Source of the DNA: Lepidodermella squamata
Lineage: Eukaryota > Animalia > Gastrotricha
DNA: 64,000 bases
Assembly: GCA_047495785.1 (NCBI GenBank)
Contig: JBLDXI010000015.1
Location: 4,030,001-4,094,000, forward strand
Direction: 5' to 3'
In this document: positions 22,193 through 34,183 of the stretch, piece by piece
Position numbering within the stretch: the stretch's first letter is position 1
Layout of the letters: every line of letters begins with the position of its first letter
Notes under the pieces: model-generated
Told to the model about the DNA's origin: nothing
Databases searched by the model: none
The model's input: the letters and a program-made list of their open reading frames with translations, nothing else
Made by a program: the position numbers and the translations under genes

Positions 22193-24016
22193 ATGGCTTC
22201 TCGGCATACAAGAAACCAACCTTTCCTATGTTTGAAGTGCCGTAAAATGTCGAATTTCGAGGACATTTTCGAATCTTCAAATTGCCGCCATTTGTTTTGC
22301 CGTAGTTGCGTCTCGACTTATCTACTCAGCCACCACCTGCTGCGCTGTCCGATTTACCCGCAGTGCAAGGCAGAAATTTTGCGCCACGACGCTGCTCTTG
22401 TGATTGGCGACGATAATCTAGAATTCTGTACATCGGATTTGACTGGCTTCGATGCGTACGAGTTCGCGTTTGACGAACGTGGCCGCGAATCGCCAATATT
22501 CACACCGTTCAAGCTTGAAGTCTTCGATTGCTGTGTATGTGGTCTGATAGCTTCTATGGAAGATTTGCTCGAAACTTCCACTATTTGCTCACATAAGATT
22601 TGCGGCGTTTGTTCAGCTTCGCTCGAGATTTTCCCCTATTCAAGTGGAACTAGTTGCCCGGTTCCTGGCTGCTTCGAGGCCGAATCGGGCCAAGGTCGAG
22701 CCGAATTCGAGCCGGATCCGGAAGATTTGCTGCTTCGAGTTGCTGGTTTGACGTTGACGCCTCCTCCGGAAACTTTCTCCTGTCAGATTTGCTTGACGGA
22801 CAAATCCATTTACGACGTATTTAAAATTCGCGATTGTCAGCACCAGCTTTGCCGCGAATGTGCTCGTGAATACTTCCGCAGCTTAGCGGACGACATGAAG
22901 AAGTTGGCGTGTCCTATGCCTTCTTGCGAGGTTGTAAATTTATTTTTCAAATGAACTTATGTCGAATTATATTAATGATTGATTTTTGCATTTTATCCAA
23001 TAATTATTACTAAAATCAATAAATCAATTGTTTTCGGTCAAAAAACCGTAGGGTAGGGTAATTCTGGTCCAGGTCATGATTTTTAGGTTTAAAAATCAGT
23101 CAAAATTCATAAATTTTCGATACTTGGCACAACGGTGTGTAAAGTGATTTCCGATTTATCTGCAAAATTTGATGATTTTACGATTTTTACCTGATTTTTG
23201 GTGATCGAAAAAGTTTGAATAAAGTTATGCTTAAGGGAGTAATTTTGCAAAGCTTTGGCTTGTGAGTTTTTAGCTTTTATTGAGTTCAATAATTAAATTT
23301 CGAAAAATTTTAATTTTTGTTTCAAAATTATATTTTGGATTTTTTTTACATTCTTACTTATAATTTTAAAATTTAAGGGGGTGCTAACGCTTCAAGACGC
23401 CGAAACTGTGGTTGATGCTGATGAAATGAAGCGTCTCACTGACATGCTGCTGAAAGCCGCTGTCACCGACTGCTTCCATTGCCCAAAGCCAGACTGTCCC
23501 GGGTTGGCTGAGATGGTGCCACCTCGCTTCATTTTCATCTGCCCAGTTTGCGACCACCGCATGTGTACCCGGTGCAATACTGACTGGCATGCGACAGTCA
23601 CGTGTGAGGAGTACGCGAGGTGGCGCGAAGAAAACGGAGCCGCCGATCAGCGGTTAAATGACTACGTCCGCCGTCAGAAAGTCCAGGTTTGCCCGGATTG
23701 CAGGCAGGGTGTCGAGAAAACCGAGGGCTGCAACCACATGACATGCCGCTGCGGGGCTCATTTTTGGTCAGTTTCTTATTGAATTGTCAAAAATCACTCA
23801 ACTTGAAAATATCTTCTTAGTTACCTATGCGGCCAACGGTTCCAGAGAGCGGGTTGGGAACCCCATGGCTCTTGTCCTTTGTTCAGTGCTACTTCTGATG
23901 ACCTAACATCATGATGTATTGCTTTTTCCAGTTATCTATGCGGGAAGCGGACTTATAATACTGACTGGCCAAAACACGGCAATTGCCAGATGTTTGATGA
24001 TGTGAACAGTGATTAG
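22193..24016 (+). CDS. Gene C2: RBR E3 ligase with three RING1-type fingers, IBR and RING2; two alternative terminal exons
   Basis: Exons 22193-22930 and 23378-23766, then either 23821-23914 or 23932-24016. Catalytic GCNH intact. Confidence 0.88.
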
Positions 24017-24131
24017 AAACAGCACCCTGCGAATTATGCTCTTAATTATTTGAAAAATGCCTGCGCATGAATTATTTGACCTAATATCGCGCTTACCGGT
24101 GAGATGAATAGCAATAAAAGATTCGATTTTT

Positions 24132-25298
24132 TTACAAATTTATCATCTCGCTCAGCATTTTTACAGTGGTCAAAATATATGTCAACAATACTAGAGACAA
24201 CATGAACAAGTCCAGGATGAGCATATCACGGCGGCCAGCTGATTTTTGCTTCCTTAACCGGACGAATACACCTAATAGGAAAGGAGAGGCGGCGCAATAT
24301 GCGGTTATTATAGTCCCGATCACCAACAGTGCGCCAATCAACGCAATTAGATTGATAATCTGCGCACTCTGCGGAATTTTCGAATCGACCACGCCCAGCA
24401 GAACCATGTAAGCCAGTAGGACAGAAATAGCGTAGTTGGCTCGGTCATTCGAGTTGGGCGGGATAGCAAAGGAAGCTAGTTGACAAATAGTCAGTAAACC
24501 TGATGGTACAAAAATCGAGAAAATGAACGGTGTTGGTTTGCGTTTTAAAGTCAGATGAAACGCAACACGGGGATACTGCAAATCATACAGATGCAAGATT
24601 TCACTGACATTGCAATTAAAAAGGATTTCGCGTTCAAAGCTGATAAATTCCCAAACTGAATTGTTGCTGATGAATTTTGCCATTTCTTCTGGAGATGCAT
24701 TGACCACAGCCTCTTCGAGGTAAGAATACGGGCAATATTCATAGATAGAGAGGTGGAACGAGCAGCGTTGAACGTCGAAGGGAAATCGAGTGAAATCCAG
24801 CCTACATGATGAGCTGATGCTTGAGGTCATTGGGTACCAGATAACACTGCCATCCTGAGTAATTATAACGTTTTGGACCCCGTCAAAATCGGAAATTTGC
24901 GACTTCATCAGCGCATTCACGTCGTTCAAGTTGTTGACGTGGCCGATGTAGGGCTTGTAGATATCCGACTGAGTTGTTTCCAGAATCTTCACTTCTCGGA
25001 ATTCGGGGATATTAGCCCAAGAAAAGCTTTCATCCATGTAAACAACCTCCAGGAAGGCGTTGATTGCTATACTTTGAGTTAGGTCTTCGATTCCGAGGAA
25101 CAGCAGAGGGGAGAGTGTTATGTTCAGCCTAAGAAAGCCCTCTGCAGTCGCGGGCTTGTCAATGGCCGTTATACCCAACTCCGAGCGGCGTTCGAGTAGA
25201 AATCGACGTAATTTAGCAACATTATTTGCGTGCAATTTAGCGGCAGATAGCGTCGTGAGGCAAGATGTTAGCACCAGCAATTTTACGATTTTATTCAT
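24132..25298 (-). CDS. Divergent Cys-loop ligand-gated ion channel subunit (LGIC-2), 388 aa, intronless
   Basis: Signal peptide, CRLDFTRFPFDVQRC, HLTLKRKP, four hydrophobic helices, very short M3-M4 loop. Confidence 0.95.
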   Translation of the reverse strand: MNKIVKLLVLTSCLTTLSAAKLHANNVAKLRRFLLERRSELGITAIDKPATAEGFLRLNITLSPLLFLGIEDLTQSIAINAFLEVVYMDESFSWANIPEFREVKILETTQSDIYKPYIGHVNNLNDVNALMKSQISDFDGVQNVIITQDGSVIWYPMTSSISSSCRLDFTRFPFDVQRCSFHLSIYEYCPYSYLEEAVVNASPEEMAKFISNNSVWEFISFEREILFNCNVSEILHLYDLQYPRVAFHLTLKRKPTPFIFSIFVPSGLLTICQLASFAIPPNSNDRANYAISVLLAYMVLLGVVDSKIPQSAQIINLIALIGALLVIGTIITAYCAASPFLLGVFVRLRKQKSAGRRDMLILDLFMLSLVLLTYILTTVKMLSEMINL

Positions 25299-25860
25299 TA
25301 TTAAAAATCAATTTATCGAATTCGATGACAGAAGAAATGTCCTCTGATATTATTGCAGGTAATATTTGCTCTTGGAATAAAAATAAATTTGTTCTGGTTT
25401 TATTTGTACAGACAAACAAGAGAATCGATTGAACAAGAAAATAGGTTTTTTATAGTCACAGAGAATTGTCTCAAATTAGTACACTGCTGTCAAGTTTTAC
25501 AAAAAATAAGAGAGAAGATCCACATAATTCATGTTATTTTAAAATAAATAATCTAAATTTGCATCATTAAAATGGAGGATCCAGTCCAAAATTTTTAGGC
25601 GTCTTCTTAACAAATTTTTCTGATTTTGGCTTATCATTTCCTTGATCAATATTGGTGCTCTTAATGACCCTTTGTTAATTCATTCTAGCAACGAGATACC
25701 AGCTGAAATCGACAAGTAGAATCGATATCTGCCTGGCAGGCAAATATAGCTCGTATACTGGCGCCGATACCGAAAACAATACGCGCTGAGATATAACTAA
25801 TAAAAATGGAGATTTTAGGGAAACTCGAAAAACCAATTTTGAGAAAAATTAGAATCGTTG

Positions 25861-26327
25861 TGCCAAGTGCGTACCCTAAATTCATGGTCCCAGAACTAAA
25901 TTTGAGACTTCAGCACTAGATTTCCCTTAAATATGCTTTTTCGAGTTTCATGTCTTCTCTGTGGTATCTCAATTTTTGTATCATTCCTAACCAATAGATC
26001 TTCATATTATGCGCATTTTGCGCTATGAGCGGTCAGTTTATGAGTTACTCTCCAACGTAAAGAGCCGATATCGATCCAGTATCGATTTTACAACTCAGTG
26101 ATTTGTCCCATATCAGCCGTCGTGGAACCCAACATCGATGATTTTCCTACGTAGGCCTACGTTCCTACGTACGCCAGGTAGATAAAAGAAAAATCCTAGG
26201 ATCATGGAAGGCATCAGTATCCAGTATCGATCAAAAAACGCTGAAATCTCAAAGAAAATGAAAAATGTAGTGCCAGAACGCTTAAATTTAGTGCTGGAAC
26301 CCCTAAGTTAAGGGTGTGCACTTGGCA
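25861..26327. mobile_element. MITE with about 44-bp imperfect terminal inverted repeats
   Basis: TGCCAAGTGCGTACCCTAAATTCATGGTCCCAGAACTAAATTT versus AAATTTAGTGCTGGAACCCCTAAGTTAAGGGTGTGCACTTGGCA. Related fragments lie in gene C introns (near 40945, 48510, 56970, 63535). Confidence 0.7.
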
Positions 26328-26391
26328 AACCCTAAAATTAATTAATATGTCTGGAAATAGATTATCACTAATGCGTAGATTTCGAACCCTA

Positions 26392-26787
26392 TTACTGCTG
26401 CGCTTTCATCGAATAATAGAAGCGTTTAGCTAGGTAGATCGCAACAATAACATAAATGACGAAAATGAAAGCGTAAGTTATCATAGCATATCTAGCGCAT
26501 TTGCCAGCCGTTTTGTACGACTCGTTGGAGTTGAACGGCGGTATGGCCTTGTAAAGAGCTGGAATCGAACAGCAGCAACAACCGCAGACCAGCGAACACA
26601 GCGCCCACATCAGCGAACTTTTGTGCAGTTTCGCGTTGTAGTCGAGGTAATGCTCGGTTCCAGCAATTTGAATGCGACAACTGCCAGCATCATCGGGTGA
26701 AAACGGCGGCGGCAGAACTGCTGGATTTGCAAAGGTGACTGAACTATCAGCATTCGAGTATCGCGCCGAGGTTTTTCTCGCATCCAT
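26392..26787 (-). CDS. Small Cys-rich membrane protein, CD225/dispanin (IFITM-like) candidate
   Basis: WALCSLVCGCCCCSIPALYKA hydrophobic segment, short loop with A..A spacing, C-terminal TM helix; paralog adjacent. Confidence 0.7.
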   Translation of the reverse strand: MDARKTSARYSNADSSVTFANPAVLPPPFSPDDAGSCRIQIAGTEHYLDYNAKLHKSSLMWALCSLVCGCCCCSIPALYKAIPPFNSNESYKTAGKCARYAMITYAFIFVIYVIVAIYLAKRFYYSMKAQQ

Positions 26788-26939
26788 TTTTCGGTATTTT
26801 CTCGAATAATTCTCGAGCCAATAATTTGTAGAGTGGGAAAGAGGTGAAAAATGTCACAATTTTTGTTTATTTAATAATCAATAAAAAGTCATTTTTTAGT
26901 GCAAATATATTAAGACAGTTGATTGAGTGCGAATTTTTG

Positions 26940-27314
26940 TCATCCTTGTGGCGTTGTAGTACTTGCATCGTTCGCTTTGATTCTCTTGATATAAATCAGT
27001 AACAGGATACCGTAACCAATAATGAAAACAATAAGCGATAGCATGGCTATCCCAGCCATTTTTCTAGCCGCATTGTAAGTCTTGACCGAGTTGAACGGAG
27101 GAACCGCCTTGTACAACGCCATCAACGAACAGCACAGGCAGCCACATCCTAGCGATAGAAGAGCCCATTGAAGCGATCGCTTATGCAGCGCCATGTTGTA
27201 CTCCAATTTCTTGCCATTTACGTCCACGAGTAAGACCTTACATTCGTCATTGGAGGCAGGTGAAGGTTTTTTCTCTTCGCTGGCTACAGGTGTTGGCACT
27301 GGATGAGTAGTCAT
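26940..27314 (-). CDS. Small Cys-rich membrane protein, CD225/dispanin (IFITM-like) candidate, paralog of 26392-26787
   Basis: LEYNMALHKRSLQWALLSLGCGCLCCSLMALYKAVPPFNS aligns with LDYNAKLHKSSLMWALCSLVCGCCCCSIPALYKAIPPFNS. Confidence 0.7.
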   Translation of the reverse strand: MTTHPVPTPVASEEKKPSPASNDECKVLLVDVNGKKLEYNMALHKRSLQWALLSLGCGCLCCSLMALYKAVPPFNSVKTYNAARKMAGIAMLSLIVFIIGYGILLLIYIKRIKANDASTTTPQG

Positions 27315-28273
27315 CAGTTTCTTGCTAAGTCGAAATCATGGAAAATCGCCTCGATATATATTAAAAATGCTTTTTTTTCTGTATCAATAGGAGATTTTAT
27401 TTATAACCGCCGACGTGGCTAATCGGCGATAAGTACCTGGATAAACTAAAAAGCTTAGTGTTCAATCGATGTGTCGCTGTACAAAGGGGCAAAATTGTGT
27501 GTGATTTTGCGGGAAAAATATTTAAAAAAAGGCAACTTTCCTTCATATTCGATATCCGACGGAAATTGAATCGAAATACCCTATTATTGCGCACTGATTT
27601 GCCTCTTATATAACAGCTAGACTGAACGAATAGGCAGTCACGTGTTGCTTGTTATTTTGTCGAGTTTTCGCACCAGACATTTTTCAATGGCTATAAATAA
27701 TTTCAGTGTAAACTTGGAATACAAGGAGAATTTTTTCATTGCGCTTGACTTGGGACACACAACGACGAAAATCAGAAATAGCCAAGTCATAAAACTTTAA
27801 CTAAAATTGGAGGTCCAGCACGAATTATAGGCTTTTAGGCTCTAGATTGGTTCGCTAATTGGTTCTGATTTTCGCAATTTCGGTTTTACCCTTTCTCTAA
27901 TACTGATGCTCTAATGACCAAAGGAAATTTTCACCTGGTACCAGCAGCTAGTTGAAGACGGGTTAAATGTTAGCTTCCAAAGCTTCTGATATCAGAAAAA
28001 AATCATTGATTTTGGGAAATCGATACTTGGAATCGATATCGGCTCTGAAGGCCAAAGTTAAAAAACATTCTTCCCGGATTCTCTATGCCTAGACGGAAAC
28101 TCTGAAGGCATTTCTTTTGTTGGAGTGTTTAGTGCGAGAACATGGCCGGAACCCTGTGATTCACTTTGCCCGCCTCTTAAAATTCCGGAATTTCGCAAAG
28201 GGTTGCTGAGCGAAATTCCAGCTTTAGATTCGGCATTCTTGGGTTCTATTATTCTAGTTTTATTCATGAAAGT

Positions 28274-29413
28274 TCAATCAGTTAACATTTTTATGAGGAA
28301 AATAGAAGACGAAGTTGAAATGACTAGACCACAGGCAAAAAAGCACGTCACATCGCTGATTTTCACGGCTTTGATCAGAAACAGTTTCCGCTCCTGCTTG
28401 GGACATTTTTTTATCCAATTGTTATAGATATAGCAGGATATCGAGGCGTAAACCGTGATGACAGTCGCAATACCAAGTTGAATGGTGAAGATGATGCAAA
28501 TATAGCTCAACTGAGACGTTGACGGCATCTTACCATCTATGTTAGTCTGAAGAACCCCCAACGCCAGTTGGCAAGTGATAGCATAAGCCGACCGGTCCGG
28601 GGCACCAGCCGGAATTCCGAAGGTGGCTAATTGAAGCATCATCAAAAAAGCCATCGGAATTATGGCTATGTATATAAACTGAAGCGGGCGTCGTTTTAGG
28701 GTGATGCTGAATTGGGCCGCATCGCCAAACGTGCCGCATTTCTTCTTCAGGTTCGCCCGACTGCCAGTCACATACCACTGCGAGCTTTCCGATGTGAACT
28801 CGATTTGCTCCCATGGGACGCCAACCTGAATAGCTACATTGCCGAGTTCAACGTCAGCGCATGAGTCCAAGTAGCCGAACTTGAAAATGCAAGTCTGCTC
28901 ATCGAAAGGGAATTGGAGAAAATCCAGGGGGCAAACTGTTGTAACTGCCGTCACCGGCGGGTAGAATTTGACAACCCCATCAGGCAACACGTGTATCGTT
29001 TCGAGCTCTGGGTCGTACCTCAGCGTCGCATAGATATCTTCGGCGTTATTCATATGTAGTAGCCCAGGTACCCAGTTGTTTCGCGGGCTCATAGTCAGCT
29101 CGCCGATACCTTCAAACTCCTTAATATCGTCCCATTTGAAGAACGGGTCTTGCCATTTAAATTGAAAATCGGGCAAAACAGTGAGTGTCTCGCTTATTTC
29201 ATTGAAGGAAATGAAACTCATCGCTCGGAAGGTCAAGTTCAGCGATATCACATCCAGTTCGTTCGCTTTTGGCGGATCATGTCCTGTTATTTCGGCCTTG
29301 TCCCGCCGTTGTTGCATAAGCGATTGAAGTCTTGATATTCTCCAGGTCGAGTTTCGAGCTGCCGCAAAGTCCGCGTAAAAGAGGGCAAAAATGAAGCTGA
29401 CGTAAAGCTCCAT
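28274..29413 (-). CDS. Divergent Cys-loop ligand-gated ion channel subunit (LGIC-3), 379 aa, intronless
   Basis: Signal peptide, WVP, CPLDFLQFPFDEQTC, ITLKRRP, M1-M4. Confidence 0.95.
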   Translation of the reverse strand: MELYVSFIFALFYADFAAARNSTWRISRLQSLMQQRRDKAEITGHDPPKANELDVISLNLTFRAMSFISFNEISETLTVLPDFQFKWQDPFFKWDDIKEFEGIGELTMSPRNNWVPGLLHMNNAEDIYATLRYDPELETIHVLPDGVVKFYPPVTAVTTVCPLDFLQFPFDEQTCIFKFGYLDSCADVELGNVAIQVGVPWEQIEFTSESSQWYVTGSRANLKKKCGTFGDAAQFSITLKRRPLQFIYIAIIPMAFLMMLQLATFGIPAGAPDRSAYAITCQLALGVLQTNIDGKMPSTSQLSYICIIFTIQLGIATVITVYASISCYIYNNWIKKCPKQERKLFLIKAVKISDVTCFFACGLVISTSSSIFLIKMLTD

Positions 29414-29927
29414 TCGAACTTGAATTCAGCGACTGGTTCACGCAGTCTGCAAGACCCGGCTTTGCATGTTTTCGTTAATTTTAATTGTAGACAAATAAAA
29501 AGCGGCACAAAAATTGTCTTCTGTACTTCTGCTCATTATATGCCTATGTTAGATTCAGTTTTAGTTGCGTTCTAATTGTACGAAGAAAAATTCAATTTTG
29601 TCGCCGCCGACTGATTCTTCAGGTAAAAGTTACAGCCAGACATAGCAAATAATTAGCGATTCGTGAATCATAAATGGGATACTAAATAAAATGGGAATGT
29701 TATAAAAAAAATCGCTATAAGCAGTTTCGCCACCAATGTTTTGGCTCGAGTTTCAGTCGTCAAGCTATCGCTCGGCTCTCGGCTGTGGAAGGTCTAATTT
29801 GAACATTTGAATATGGCATATGACATAGGTATGCATATATTTGGCAATCCTTCAACATGCACCTCTTATAATATTACCGTGAATGTTGACACGGAACGGC
29901 GATCGAGCGTAACTCTTCATTAGCGTC

Positions 29928-30953
29928 AAAACAGCGAAACGCAAAACAGCGATCGCGATTAGCATATTATCATACATAAAGCCAGCAAATTGAAAGTATT
30001 TGTTTTAAACAAAGATTAGTTGGTCAGCAGCTCAACTGGTATTTTTCGGTATTTGTCCATTTTCAATTCAAAGTGCGAATACGAATACGAATACGAATGA
30101 TTTTATTTGACTTCCACTCGATTAAGGCGTCTATACCCTTTCGGGTTTTGTGGAAGGCGAAGGAAGGCAAAATTTAAGAAAAAACGCCCACCCCCGCAGT
30201 TAGCAATTTGCTTTTACCATAAAATTCTTAATTTTCCAAGCGATCAGTTCATACGGGGACGGATGCGGCTTGTCAACGAAGTCTTGGAAGACCTTGTGCC
30301 AAACTTCAGCTTCGTTGTCAGTGAGCGGGAAGAAAAGCATGTCCAATGGCAGGATCGAACCTTTATGAGAGTGGAAACTATAACAGCCGATGGTCCTACG
30401 GGCGCCAGTTCCATCATGAATGAATCTTCGGCAACGCTGGGCGAGGTCGAAGGCAATTGGGGTGAGCCGGGCTGTGAGTAACTAATTTCAATTTCGCCAA
30501 GATTATTAGCAGCCGCTGCTCCTAATAGCACCCCAGCGGCGGGACTGTCGCCTACTTGCTTCTTTGATTTTTTGAATTTATTCGGTTTTGCACACTGCTC
30601 GGTTGGCTGAACAGGAACGGCGGTTGTAGCAGCCCTTCGACGCGTACTTCTAGGCGTCGCCTCAACTACAGGCGGCTTGTTCTTCGAACCTTTTTTACGA
30701 CCCATGTGTGAGGAAAAAATTGGAAAAATCGAGAAAAAATCGCCGGACTCGATTTACTCATCTCAACTCGCCTCCGGCTCGTTTCGATTCGTAAATCTCG
30801 GCCGGCTCCGTTCAGATGTGAACTCTTTACTCATGTTATACCATAAAAATATAAATATTTCCTCGCTGTTCTGTCGCTTTCGCCGTTACGTCGACAGCTG
30901 TTATCATTTTCGCTGTTTTGTCGCGTTCGCTGTTTTAGGCAGTCGCTGTTATA
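29928..30953. mobile_element. Probable transposon relic with inverted subterminal repeats and a minus-strand basic ORF (30244-30705)
   Basis: AAAACAGCGAAACGCAAAACAGCGA is inverted relative to TCGCTGTTTTGTCGCGTTCGCTGTTTT; the ORF starts MGRKKGSKNKP (AT-hook-like). Confidence 0.4.
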
Positions 30954-31291
30954 ACGTCCTGCCTATTGCAGCCATAGATTGCAGCTGAATTATATCTTGT
31001 CCTGACCCCATAGTCCGCTTGCCAAGAGTGACAATTTATTCAGGAAAATATACAGCGCTTCTGGAAGTACATTCATCGTAGTTCTTTACGCGCCCTGCTA
31101 AGTGCTAAGTAACAGAAGATTCCAGGTTCGGCTTCTGGCAGCTTCGAATTTTGATAATTCACACCCTGCCACGTCAGGAAATACCATTAATAAAATATCG
31201 GTACATCTTGGCCCGGATAGGTCTGCCGGTAGAGCATGGCACTCTTGTCGGTCTATTGCTTAGTTATATGTTTAATTCTTATTCAAGAAGT

Positions 31292-32434
31292 TCAATCATT
31301 TATCATTTTCGCGATGAAAATAGCCGATGAAGCTGAGATGACTAGAGCACAGAAAGAGAAGCACGCAAAATCGCTGATATTGAGGACTTTAATCAAAAAC
31401 AGTTTCCGCTCCTGTTTGCGACATTTTTTTATCCAATTGTTATAGATGTAGCAGGAAATCGAGGCGTAAACCGTGATGACAGTCGCAATACCAAGTTGAA
31501 TGGTGAAGATAATGGAAATGTAGCTCAACTGAGAGGTTGTTGGCATTCTGTCGTCTATGTTAGTCTGAAGAACCCCCAATGCTAGTTGACAGGTTATAGC
31601 ATAAGCCGACCGGTCCGGGGCACTAGCCGGAATTCCAAAGGTCGCCAATTGGAGAAGCATAAGAAAAGCCATTGGAATTATTGCTATGTAAATGAACTGA
31701 AGCGGGCGTCGTTTTAGGGTGATAATGAAATGGGCTGCGTCGTCAAAAGAACCGCATTGCTGTCTGAGAATCGCCCGACTGTCAGTCACATACCACTGCG
31801 AGCTCTCCGATGTGAACTCGATTTTCTTCCACGGAATGCCAACTTCAATAGCTAAATAGCCGAATGTGACGTCAAAGCATGAATCCAAGTGGCCGAATTT
31901 GAAAATGCAAGTCTGCTCATCGAAAGGAAAGTGGAGAAAATCCAGCGGGCAAACTGTTGAAATTGCCGGCACAGGCGGGAAGAAAACGACAGTCCCATTA
32001 CGCATCGCGAATACTGTTTCGAGCTCTTTTTCGTATTTCAGCGTTGCATAAATGTCTTCGGGGTTGTTCATATGTAGAAGCCCAGGCACCCAGTTGCTTT
32101 GTGGACTCATAATCAACTTCTTGATACCTTCAAACTCACTGATGTTATCCCAGTTGACGAGCGGGTCCTGCCATTCGATTTTGAAATCGGGCAAAACAGT
32201 GAGTGTTTCGCCTATCTCATCCAATGAAATGAAACTCATCGCTCGGAAGGTCAAGTTCAGCGATATCACATCCCGTTCATTCAATTTTGGCGGGTCGCGT
32301 TCTGTAATGTGGGCATTTTCCCGGCGTTGTTGCATGAGAGAATGAAGTCTTGAACTGTTCCAGTTAGGATTTCGAGCAAGCGCACATTCCGCGTGAATAA
32401 AGAGATAAAAAATTAGTCTCAAGTAAAGCTCCAT
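31292..32434 (-). CDS. Divergent Cys-loop ligand-gated ion channel subunit (LGIC-4), 380 aa, intronless
   Basis: CPLDFLHFPFDEQTC, M1-M4; close paralog of LGIC-3. Confidence 0.95.
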   Translation of the reverse strand: MELYLRLIFYLFIHAECALARNPNWNSSRLHSLMQQRRENAHITERDPPKLNERDVISLNLTFRAMSFISLDEIGETLTVLPDFKIEWQDPLVNWDNISEFEGIKKLIMSPQSNWVPGLLHMNNPEDIYATLKYEKELETVFAMRNGTVVFFPPVPAISTVCPLDFLHFPFDEQTCIFKFGHLDSCFDVTFGYLAIEVGIPWKKIEFTSESSQWYVTDSRAILRQQCGSFDDAAHFIITLKRRPLQFIYIAIIPMAFLMLLQLATFGIPASAPDRSAYAITCQLALGVLQTNIDDRMPTTSQLSYISIIFTIQLGIATVITVYASISCYIYNNWIKKCRKQERKLFLIKVLNISDFACFSFCALVISASSAIFIAKMIND

Positions 32435-34183
32435 GCAGAGTTGAAGTTAGTGACTATTAGAAATATTCACATCTGAGATCTGTACCTATCTCTCCACATT
32501 TTCCGCATTTTAATTTTGGATAAATAAATCACACGAAGAAGAAAATGCTTATTTTTCGCTAATTTTTATTTGCATGCGGGTTTATTTTCAGCTTCAGGTT
32601 TATTTGCATTCAAATTTTACGGTGAAAAACTCATACAAAGTTCGTTTCACCCCAATCATATAGGTGAGTATTTTTTGTGTCCTATCAATGTTTTGGCAAA
32701 ACTTTATCTGTAGTTACTTTTCAATACGTTTTCTCTGGTTCAGCGAAAACAGAAAATAAAATGATGACCTAACGAATCCTGAACAAAATTGACAGTGAAT
32801 CGCGGGTTGCACTGTACCTACGTCAATTCATTTCCCGTCAATTCCTATGGATTTCCCGCCAGGATTTTCGTGGAACCGTAAAAGACGGAGACTGGAGGTT
32901 ACACTGTATGAAGCTGCTTGATTTTCAGGGCTTGATTGATTTTTTTCAAAGCGAGTGACTTTATACCGTAGGGCAGGGTAAGTTTGGACAAACCATATTT
33001 TTCGAAAATAAAAAGTCAGCCCTAATTTAGAAATCGATGGTGTTAGGTACAAAAATGTACAAGGTGAGCCCCGATTTATCAATAAAATTTGGTGATTTTA
33101 CGATTTTTTCGAAAACTTTTATGGCTAAAGTTGGACAATTAGCGGGCAATTCTGGACACGCTCATTTGCATACGGAATGACATTGTGAATATTCAGTTTT
33201 TCTGAGCTTTGGGTCAAATTTGGAAAAATAATTATGAACAGATGGAGCATCAACTGTTTTCTGAAGAAATTGAGAAAAATACATTCTTGTGCAGCCGCAT
33301 TTATAAATGGTCCAAAATTACCCGCGATTAATTCACTTTAACTTGTAACTTCAGGTCAATGCCCTGCAAAAACCAATCGTTTGATCTTCAGTTTTCTTTC
33401 GATAACTGAGAGAGCCGCGCTCTTAGCCAATTTTCGTCACAAAATGATTATTTGTTTGGGAGTTAAAGAGGGGATCCCAAATCAGCATTTGAGTTGCCTT
33501 GCGTATAAAATTACCCAAAAAATAAGGTGTTGCTCCAATCACCTTTTGGGACTTGTGCCTTTCGTAAGCTCGAGAGGCGGAGAATTGTATACAACAAACT
33601 CCGTGCTCTTATCTTACGGCATTACACAGCTATTCGCCTGCAAAGCCGAAGTGTCCAGAATTACACCAGAATTCAATTACCCTGTCCAAATTTATCCTGC
33701 GCTACGGTAAATAAATGAAGGCGAATTATCCAATACTGCTATCATAATATGCTGGCAATCAATGAATATCATTTATTGTAAGAAGCATTTGTGGCAGGCT
33801 GGCTCCAGATCTCAGTCCAGATCTCTTTGATCATTCGGAGTTGACATTTTTTAGTTGCTTGTGCTTTTAGCGGCACATTCATCTTAGCTTCATCTAGTCA
33901 CACGAATAATGATGATTCAACTTCGTAATAATACAACCGTCCTTAACGTGATAGTAATTTCCTAGGAGAAAAAACTTCCAACATTTGGCATCGTCCAACC
34001 ATATTGTTGACAGTAGCTATTTATAACTTATTCGAAATTCCAAGAAAGACTTGAATATGAATCAGAAGACTGAAATATATAAAATTATTCATTTTAAATC
34101 CCAGTTTTTTTTTGTTTTCATCGCGGCCGTTACGAAGTATAAACACGCATTTTGTCAAAATTAGGAATATCTTTTTTACAGTC

